Origin: Zancudomyces culisetae HAW-14-8
Taxonomy: Eukaryota; Fungi; Kickxellomycota
Assembly: GCA_052426225.1 (NCBI GenBank)
Contig: JBNJNM010000012.1
Coordinates: 124,001 to 188,000 of the forward strand
Length of the DNA: 64,000 nt
Direction: 5' to 3'
Shown here: piece by piece, positions 54,560 to 64,000 of the stretch
Layout of the letters: every line of letters begins with the position of its first letter
Position numbering within the stretch: position 1 is the stretch's first letter
The notes under the pieces: model-generated
Database searches by the model: none
What the model saw: only the letters and a program-made list of their open reading frames with translations
What the model was told of the DNA's origin: nothing
Program-made: the position numbers and the translations under genes

Positions 54560-55571
54560 TCTTATAGTCTTTTCTTTTTTGTGACATTTTGTGATTTTGA
54601 TTTTTTTCAAATAATAAAGCAATATAAATGAGTGATAATACACCATGTTACATGTCTACTTTATGCCATCGGTCATGGTATCATTGTTTTGCATAAACAC
54701 GTCAAAAAAATGCAACAAAAAATTGAACAAGATTTGTTCCTGACTACATATGGGCTACAGTTTGTACACTTTGACCACTTCAACTCAAAGATTGAGATTT
54801 ATTTGCAAAAAACAGCTCATGGTTTGCGTAGGCTAAATTTAATGGCATCATGGTCTTACTTTACATTTTTTTTAGATTAATTTTATTTCAATGGCTTTGA
54901 CAGCCCTCCTTAGTATAACTTACAAACGCACCATGAAGTATACTCGCCTCTCCTTAAGTAAGGGATGATCAAATATAGAATATTGGTTTGGTACACCTAA
55001 AGTTTCATCGTGATACCCACATGTTGTCCACAGATTGTACAAGACTTTGACTGAAAAATAGCTACAAATTTTGTTATGTAAATTTATTTGATTATTTTAT
55101 TTGAACAAAATTCATTCGACAATGTGTTACATAATTAGACCACTGTTCATCTGTGTTCAAAGCGCGTCGTTTAAAATTTCAGATTATAGGTCTTGAATTA
55201 CTACTTAAAAACTCGGAAACTGGCTTCCGAAATTTCAGACCTAGAAATTGAGCGTTGATTTGCAAATGTTTTTTTATTCGGCAAATTGGAGGAAAGAAAA
55301 TAATCGATATGTTTAAAAAATAGCACCCCAACGTAAAAAAATAAAAGCTAAACTTATTTTGAAAGAAGCGGCACTTTCAAATTGGACAAACGCAAACCTA
55401 AAAAACGTTTTAAACCCAAGTCACGGGATAATTATAGAAAGACGCCAAAGCCTATATCATTTATCTGTAAAGAGAATAGTATGTGCTCAATAAATGATTT
55501 CTAGATTTTTGTTTCTTATAGTCACTTTATTTTTTGGTGTAAGCCTGTAGTAGTAATTTCTATAAAAAAAA

Positions 55572-57321
55572 ATGCCAATTCTGCAAATTGTTGCCAGAGA
55601 GACAATGAGCCACTACATGACAATAGGGTACTACTGGAAGTTGGCGATATCCATGGTTTTAGTCCTGACTGGTGGCCTATTAGCGGGTAAGTAAAATCTA
55701 CTAATATATAATATGAATGTGATTTCAAAAACAGAGTAAAATATTATGCTCAAGCGGTAGAATTCCATCTAGGAGTAAAACTGCATATGACTTTGATGTG
55801 CATAATGAGAAAATCCAAAAATAAAATAGTAATTGAAATAGCTTTATGATAAAATAGGTCTAACCATTGGTTTGATGTCTCTGGATTCAACAAACTTGGC
55901 CATAATTTCGGTTTCTGGTACAGAAAAACAAAAGGCATATGTAAAAAAGATAATGCCACTACGAAAGAACGGTCACCGTTTGCTTGTAACTTTACTACTT
56001 GGCAATACAATTTTAAACGAAACTCTACCTATTGTCTTTGACTCGATTTTTGAGGGCGGAGTAAAGGCGGTCATAATGTCAACTGTGCTTATTCTGTTGT
56101 TTGGTGAAGTTATACCACAATCAGTCTGTGTCAGATATGGGTTAGCGATAGGTGCATTCTTTTCAGTGTAATACATCACATAAGTACTATATTTTATACT
56201 AACTAGACAGTAGATTATCAACCTGAGCTTTTCACTTTTTAAAAATTTATAGACCTCTGCGATTTCTGCAGGTGATATTCTCGCCGATCGTTTATCCAAT
56301 TGCTAGCATTTTGGACTATGCAATAGGGAAGGATCATGGTATTGTATATAGAAGAGCGGAATTAAAAGAGCTAGTAAATCTCAGTGCGGTATCACATGGG
56401 GGCGCATTGACACATGATGAAGTTACGATTATTAGGGGAGCATTAGACTTGTCCGAAAAAATGGTGGTAGACGTGATGACAGACATGAATAGTGTGTACA
56501 TGTTAGAATTCAACGATACACTTGATATGAAGCTAATCAACGAAATAGTTGATAGAGGACACTCAAGAATCCCCGTGTATAAGGGGAAAAGGAGTAATAT
56601 AGTCGGTGTCCTTTTGGTTAAATCATTGATCTTAATAAATCCAAAAGAGTGTATCAAGGTGGGCAGGCTTCAGCTGAGACAGATCCCATGGGTGCTGACT
56701 TCGGTTTCTCTATACGATATTCTAAACGCGTTCCAGGAAGGTGGAAGCCACATGGCTGTGGTTGCGAGCGCACCTAGTGATGAATCTGCTGTAGATATGC
56801 GGAATTTGGATACTAATAGAGCTGGTCTAGCAATGAAAATGAACGAAAGTACCCCGCTTAATATAGGACATCGGTCTAGCGATGCAGAAACGTCTTATGC
56901 TTCTTCCAAGCCTAAAAGGACCTCTAGTCAATTTAGCGCAAAGATATCTTATAAAAGTGAGGAAAACTGGACCCCGTTGGGGATAATCACGCTGGAAGAT
57001 GTAATAGAGGAGCTAATACAAGAGGAGATTGTGGACGAAACCGATGTATTCATTGATATTAAGAATAAAATTAAAGTTGCCCGTGCAATCAGCTCTGCAA
57101 AGCTATTACCCGGAACTTTCTCGCCACACAGCATCACAAGAAACAAATCAACCACCTCATATCATAAAAGAAGTATGCTCAGAAACGATTCAAGTAGGCT
57201 TCAGTCGGGTCCTGCGTGCCAGTCTGAAATCAATACAGAATCGTATGGCATTCTTGTAAGCCAGCCTGAGGAACAAAATTCGAGTTCCCTAGGGAGCAAT
57301 ACACCTACTTTTAAGGTATAG
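55572..57321 (+). CDS. MAM3: CNNM/DUF21-CBS metal transporter, 3 exons (55572-55686, 55858-56167, 56253-57321)
   Basis: GLTIGLMSLD, HRLLVTLLLGN, FGEVIPQS, GHSRIPVY, FQEGGSHMAVV and GIITLEDVIEELIQEEIVDETD. The 3' end could include a further exon. Confidence 0.9.
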
Positions 57322-57601
57322 ATGATTGCTTGTTGTTTACTGTTTGTTTTTATTAGTACTTTTTTCGGTTGTGCTTTTGCTTTTAGTGTTTTTCTTTTTT
57401 GGAACAAACTTTAAACCATTTATCCTTTCCGATGGAGCCATTCCCGTCCGCTTTTTGAACTGAACTACTCAATGCAAGCCTTACTGGCTTTTGATGATTT
57501 CAATGGTGTAAAAAATTAAAGAGCAACCACACTTCGCTTTTAATGGCAAACCGCCATATGGCCCCTCATATTATTCTAAATCACTTCAAAACTTCAAGTA
57601 T

Positions 57602-57636
57602 AACAAAGTAGGAGCTCATTGTGCTCCTACTTTGTT
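57602..57636. other. Perfect 14-bp inverted repeat between convergent MAM3 and ACBP
   Basis: AACAAAGTAGGAGC-tcattgt-GCTCCTACTTTGTT. Confidence 0.85.
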
Positions 57637-57834
57637 GTATACACAATTCCCCTCGCTATACAAAAACGTTCAGACAAATGCAAAACTGGGTTGTACAATC
57701 TTGTGAGATAAGACAAGGGTTTATTGAGAATAATGAATATTTCTTCAAATAAACCGTCTGGCACGGCGTGTAGAAATAAATACCACTTTGGAAAATATAT
57801 CTATATATATATTGACTGGAGCTGCCGACTACCA

Positions 57835-58269
57835 TTATGCAGCGATAAGTGAGTTTACAAGCGCAATATATTTTGCCTGAGCATCTTCTTTGCTCATACC
57901 TAAATAAATATACACAAGGCGTTTAAAGATGATTTAAGGTGATGCTTGGAAATAATTCAAATTTCGATTTTACTCATGTAACTGCTGACCTTTTTTATCC
58001 ATCCATGCATTATACTTTGCCTTGTCTTTGAGTGCAAAAAGACCAGGTGCTGGGTTGGTGTTATCTCCAAAGATACCCTGCTTAAACAACGCATAAAGTT
58101 CCAAGAGGACTTCGTTTGATGGCTTGGTAGTCAATGTGTTCACATCCTCTGATGCCTTAACAAAAGCTGCCTATATTTTTATTCCATCCAGTGTTTTCAT
58201 AAAAGCAATCTCAAAAAAAAAACGAGATCAAGAAACAAAACTTACATTTCCTGTTGATTGAGCGTCCAT
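57835..58269 (-). CDS. ACB1: Acyl-CoA-binding protein, 3 exons (58269-58246, 58170-57990, 57899-57835); missed by the ORF track
   Basis: Spliced MDAQSTGNAAFVKASEDVNTLTTKPSNEVLLELYALFKQGIFGD...PGLFALKDKAKYNAW..KKGMSKEDAQAKYIALV. Confidence 0.93.
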
Positions 58270-59295
58270 TTTGATATTTTGTCAATTGATTTGTATTCTA
58301 TTTAACTTGTTAGAAAAATAATGACTAATACTAAAATGTGTTATCTCAGAGCTTTGCTTATATAGCAAAATTTTCAGCTTTAGGAGGTCAACAAAAAAAA
58401 AGTCCTTTGATATAATGTATTAGATAAAACCCTGTAATTTACATCCCCATCATCTCAAATCATTTCATTATCCTAATTCATTGGTAACAATTTAATAAAT
58501 CATGCACAAATTGCACACAACAAATCACAACCCTTAAACATCAAATGAACATTTTTTTTTTAACAACAGCATTGAATAAGCAATTTACAACATATCAAAA
58601 CATCAGCCGAAAACCTGTTTAGTCTGTTGTACTAGAATTAAATATTCCAAAATAAAGCATTGATTTTAGGTGCTACAAAAAACCATTATGCGCAACACAC
58701 CATTGCTTTAGTGAATGTCTGTTTTTTTTGGAAAAAAATCATAGAAAGAGCAACTTTCCTGCTATATGAAGTTTAGCTGCAATGCAGCTTATACTTGGTT
58801 AGATTCTGCTTGTGTTATCAATCCATTATTTGTTTTATTGGCACACAACAATGATATTAACTACTTGCAATTGTAAACGCTCTGGATTTTTTGCTCAATT
58901 AGCAGCTCTGGAGGTCGTGTGAACAAAACATGACTTCCCAATATACACGTTTATACGCTCATGTCAGAGGAATGTCGAATCTAGTTCCAGCTCACATATC
59001 CACACACATATTTGAGTTTACTTTGTAGTCATTTGTTGTATGTTTTTATTCTATGTTTTCGATTCAAAAACAACATTAAAACTTGTACGCAGTAAAAATA
59101 ATGTACTGTACATACTCTAAAAATACCATTGCTATTGTAACAAGTATCTATAATATTGGAAATGTGAATTTGCTGTTTTTAATCTGCTTGTAACTACGAA
59201 GAGGTATTTGAGGGAGTATACAATCATAATGTAATATGTATTAAAGTTGTCAATATTTTTCTTGATGGCCCCATATTGAAACCCACATAGAAAAC

Positions 59296-60375
59296 CTAGT
59301 GCTGGACAAAAATAGGTGGTCGGGTGTCGCCTCTCTCATCCATGCGTTTATACAGCCAGTCAATAGCGAATTTTATTCCATCACTATTTGATTGTTCAAT
59401 GTACACCTTGGTAAACTAATCAGCGCTCGTAAAGCGATATCTAACATTCAGCAGAAAATATACAAAAAAGAACATACCCTGTGAACGCAGACGATGGAAG
59501 CACTCTCATATCTCTGTTATCTATCAGATCGACCATCTTGTTTATGTGCTCTTTTATTTCCTCGAGGGGGATTGCATGTGTACAGTCCATTTTATTCGCA
59601 AGTATCACTACCGGGACACTTTGAAGTTCCTCGTCTCGCATGAGCTTTTCTATAATATTATGTTTTTAGTATTCAAGTAAAGGAATCACAATAATCTCCC
59701 AATGCAAACCACAAAAAATTAAAAACATATATCTGTGTCTTGCAGTTTGAAAAAAGGAACCTGTATATGATGATTCAATTAGTAGAAGAAAGCAAAATAA
59801 CGTACCAAATGTATCCTTGCTTTCTAGCAAGATTTGGGGTGCACATGAATCTACAACAAAGAGCACACCATGGCAATTACTATAGTATGAATTCCAGATC
59901 TTGTGGAAATCCTTTTCGCCAGCTAGATCCCAAAATGCAACGACATCGCCACCAATTCCAATTTTCCGTACTATTAGAAAGTTTGATAAAGAAATTTTAT
60001 TTTTACTTATAAAAACTCGATGAAATAGTATAGCGTATAAATTTAAGATGTTAAAATTCAGAAACTTTAAACATGGTTGGGGTATACAACCCCAAACAAG
60101 AACACTTACTGTTAATTCCGACAGTTGGTTGAATTGAGCGAGGGTTCATGCCCTGTTTTCCGGTGTAAATCTCTTTTGTCTTTTCCACAAGAGTCTATAA
60201 GAATGTTTGAAAATATCACATACTTTATTATCTGGAAAAAATGAGCAACTTGCAATAAATATCCTAATGATTATAATCTTACAGTTTTTCCGGCACCACT
60301 GAGACCCAACACTAGAATCCTAAATTCTCTTTTTTGAGTAAAGTAGTCATAGATTCCCGAAATAAGTGACAACAT
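59296..60375 (-). CDS. ARL3: ARF-related protein 1 / Arl3, 5 exons (60375-60283, 60194-60110, 59970-59806, 59649-59478, 59383-59296)
   Basis: MLSLISGIYDYFTQKREFRILVLGLSGAGKTTLVEKTKEIY...IQPTVGIN...FWDLAGE...YYSNCHG...LANKMD...RPP. No Gly2 and a hydrophobic residue 2, as in the ARFRP1/Arl3 family. Confidence 0.88.
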
Positions 60376-61902
60376 TAGAGCGACACATTTAGAGTTCAAC
60401 TAAAAGTGATACTATTTTTGCTTTATGTTGGCTTGTTACCAAATACTACAAAAACGGCGTGGTTTGTTTTGTTCTATTTTTTTGGGAAGCAAAAATAAAG
60501 TTTCAAAAAGAAGTATGGGAATTTGAAATACTCCAATGAGGGCATATCTGCGAGAGCCTAATCCGAACTAAAAACATACATCATTCATTGGCTGAAATGC
60601 ACAATTAATATACTCAAAATTCACTCAGTTGTCATGCTTGTAAGAAGCGAATAGAAGAGGAGGAGGAAGGGAGGGATCAACCGGGTATATGTGTTTTGTA
60701 ACGACCCATTTACCACCCCTTTCTAGCAATATCTGTGCAAGAAAGCCAATGTATCTAAATTTTAAATACGTGTATCCTGAACAAATAAATCAGCACAAGA
60801 AACTCTCATATCGATGTTATTGGTATATGGAGAAAATATGTATCTCGGTGCTGGTAACTGCATCTTGATTTTACTCTAGACAATAGAAACAATAAAATAA
60901 ATACAGGTACGAGTATCTCTCTGTTAAGCTCAATCTGTTATATGTGCTAATAATGGCCACGTTTCAGTATATATTTTTGTTTCTTTAAATATAATTCATG
61001 GGAATTATCCTTTTGTGAATCAGATTTGTATTACAAAGAACCACATAGTACAAACTACCGGTATTTTCACATCACTAAGTTTTACATCTACAAAAAGAAA
61101 AATCATCAACGTGGGATCGCAAGCCACAAGTTGTACTTATTATTGGATCTTATCTTATTAATAGTGAGGTTATAAAGTAATTGATGGCTACAAAGAGTAA
61201 TAAATCGGAATTTTGATGCTCTTTATTCGGCAAAATTTTAATCAAAAACGTGAACAAATTTTCTAGACACTGAAAAGAGTATAGATGCTGGCATCACAGT
61301 AATTATAGCTATATCTTGAGTTTATCTCAGCAGTAAAAAGGAGTATTAAAATGATATGTGGGGTGAGAGGAAATCACGTGTAGATTCACAATCAATCATC
61401 CTCAAAGTTAAGCAACAGATACTTGTAAACCAATCTGTGTAAACATATTACAGGTATTCGTGTTCTTTTTTTACCCATTTCATTCGTGGGTGTTGACTAG
61501 AACTAGTCATCCTGTTCTTTTTTTATTTTTTGACTTTACTACATCGAAAAGCCTCAGCGTCATAGATATCATTTCCACTCGGTTTACGGTAATTTTGGTA
61601 TGTTGTTTCATAATAAAGACAAAAACACAGTTGAAACACACCCATCTTCATTTTTTATTAAGAAAAATGAATCTAAAGCCAGAATAGTTTAAACATCTAT
61701 TCTCTCAAACAAACAAAAAACATCGGTTTTGATAATACGAAAACGCATTTGTGGTCTACTTACGAACCAGTCAGTTCAAAATTAGAGTCAGAGACGTTTT
61801 TAGATTGAAGATGTGAAAAAATCTTTTGATGTACCAACTGAGGATTCCAGTCCTTGAATAAATGGTATTTAAATGATTTACTGCTCACAGATTCATGTAT
61901 GA

Positions 61903-61932
61903 TGTATGTATGTATGTATGTATGTATGTATG
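61903..61932 (+). repeat. (TGTA)n microsatellite
   Basis: About 7 tandem units in the intergenic region. Confidence 0.85.
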
Positions 61933-64000
61933 GGGAATAGGATAAGAATTGGGTTAGATTTTAATTGAGGTTGGTATTGGTTTCATGAGAGTAGTTACTG
62001 CTGTAATTTGCAAATTTTCATTTTTTATCTTTATATATGTGAGTAAAACTACCAACATCTTAAAGTGCTCAATACAAAATAATCATCAAATCAAAGGAGC
62101 GGGGTTATAATATACCTCAAAAAAAATGAGAAGCGAGCTTCAATCTATTTTATTTTATGGATATCTGAATTCTCTTGTTCATATTGATCTGATTCATGCT
62201 AGGTTTTTTTCACTTGGTAAATCCGCAAACATCAATGTATTTAGTAGTTGGCTACTCACCACGCATATTTTGCTAAATTAGCGCAATAATAATTGGCGAG
62301 TACATTTGGGGTGGGGGAAGGGAAAGACACAATAAATGGAGATGTTTAGAAATGAGCCTAGATTACGCCAGACTCATGATTTATACCAAAATGATAAAGA
62401 ACGACTCCACATCAGTTCCCAAGTCAAACCTTTATCTACATATCAGCCGACCTTACTTTTTATTAAAATGCCATGTTAAATGTTTTTTAATAAACAATTT
62501 TGGTTTGATGCCGAGGGCTAGGGGTATTTAAGAGTACATTTTTCGAGAAAAAGAAAAACAACGGTAATATTGGGTTCCATAAAGTTAACAAATTACTGTA
62601 AAACGCAGTATACAATCCTATATCTCTGCACCTATCATGCCAAAGGGAAGTTTAGTGTATACAGAAGCTAGATCAAAGCTTTTGACCTGTATTTGCTCAT
62701 TACAATATTTTTGCTCTTGTGGTAATGAAGTCAATGTGAATATCCGCTAGTTATTTTTATCCATTCAAAAACTGATACCAATTTATGGTGACACCGATTC
62801 TCTTTTATTTCTCAGTTAGATACCAAAATCAGTATGAAGTTGTATGATGAGTATTGACACCAACACGTATAGCTAAAGGGTCTGATGAGCAGAAGTATTG
62901 AGGTAATATTACCGTAGCAATATTTGTAATAGGTGTAATTATAGAATCAAAAAATGTGAGACCCTTTTCACAGAGATCATTTGTTTAGGGCTAATTAGCT
63001 TACAAAAATGTTATATCCATTTTTTTTTTAGCTCGCTAATATGTGTACATAAACTAATCGATGAGTACGCAAGTAAAAAAAAAATAAATCCAATTGGGTT
63101 GCAGGTATTGTGAAATTGGGATCAATTACATATGTGAATTGGAAGGGGAGGAGGGTATTTACTGCCAAAAGCTATATTCATTTATCGTGGAGATATCTCG
63201 ATTGGGGAAGGTGTAATGTTTTACCAAGCTGTAGCTACGATTGATTTTCACAGACATTATCCTTCGTCAAGCTACGAATATAATATATTGGTGCAAGCAT
63301 AAATATAAAAAAATGGTGGAAAAGTGTGTAAGACTCATAATGTTCTATAAATACGTCTAGAGGTCCGAAACTTTTTTTTTTTTTGAGAATACACCAAATT
63401 TCGGGTAGTACATCTTACAGAATTTACAGCAAATACCACGTATATTAGCAAAAAAAACATTAAAGCAAGTGAAAAAACTTTGCTAAAAGCAACAGTGATA
63501 GGTGGAATTAATTAGGGTTTTGTAGCTGGAGTTTGGGTTTTGGATGAACTATAAGTAATAGATTGATATTCGTATAAAGATCAACCCAAAAGGTTGAACT
63601 TTTTTAATATCACGCTTTTTCAAAAAAGTTTATTTTTAATAGTGTTGTTGAAATATAAATATGTATACGACACGGACAGCATACTAAATAATACAAGGTA
63701 GAGAACAATACTTCAACACAGAAACAAAGGGAGAAAAAAAGGCACTTTAGACCATAAATATCCAGAAACAGAATATTAGCAGTGTAAAGCAAAACAAGAT
63801 ACGAATTAGGGTTACAGGGGAAGACCTTATGAAAAATACAACCAAAACGATAATAAACACCGACATATTTATATAGGGATAATTTTGCAACTACAACTTG
63901 AACGCGGTATAACAACAAACACAAAAAAAAAAAGGTTAAAGGACTAGAAAATAACGATAAAAAGTGTTGTAAAGTGCAGGTTAAAAGCTATAACGCCATA

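Noticed and set aside
62875-62967. Hammerhead-like CTGATGAG inside a stem AAAGGGTCT/AGACCCTTT
   Set aside because: Lacks the GAAA core and cleavage triplet.
63610-63924. 104-aa minus-strand ORF
   Set aside because: Low-complexity product of an A-rich plus strand; more likely the leader of a gene beyond the window.

Overview
Eukaryotic, AT-rich genomic DNA with spliceosomal GT-AG introns. Gene content and style suggest an early-diverging fungus, possibly Zoopagomycota/Harpellales; this is inference only. The window has two sharply separated compartments. (1) About 1-21.5 kb is a nested transposon graveyard: three chromodomain-bearing Ty3/gypsy elements, a DIRS-type tyrosine-recombinase element, L1-like LINE remnants, a Tc1 (DD34E) element with ~195-bp TIRs, a family of very short (~137-140 bp) LTRs, and a family of TG...CA insertions whose two ends are each a TGTCA...TGACA hairpin and which carry 5-bp target-site duplications. 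(2) About 21.8-64 kb is a TE-free gene block: SMC5, SPC3, a 7TM-RGS protein, ARL1, two small unknown ORFs, a ~3270-aa Bem2-like RasGEF/PH/RhoGAP, NR2C2AP, BUD22, ECH1, MAM3/CNNM, ACBP and ARL3/ARFRP1. I saw no clearly new multi-gene system. The best leads are the hairpin-ended insertion family, the ultra-short LTR family, a possible PH domain split by ~2800 aa, an ARL3 with its catalytic Gln replaced by Glu, and an intact -1 frameshift signal. All calls are by eye; no database searches were run.
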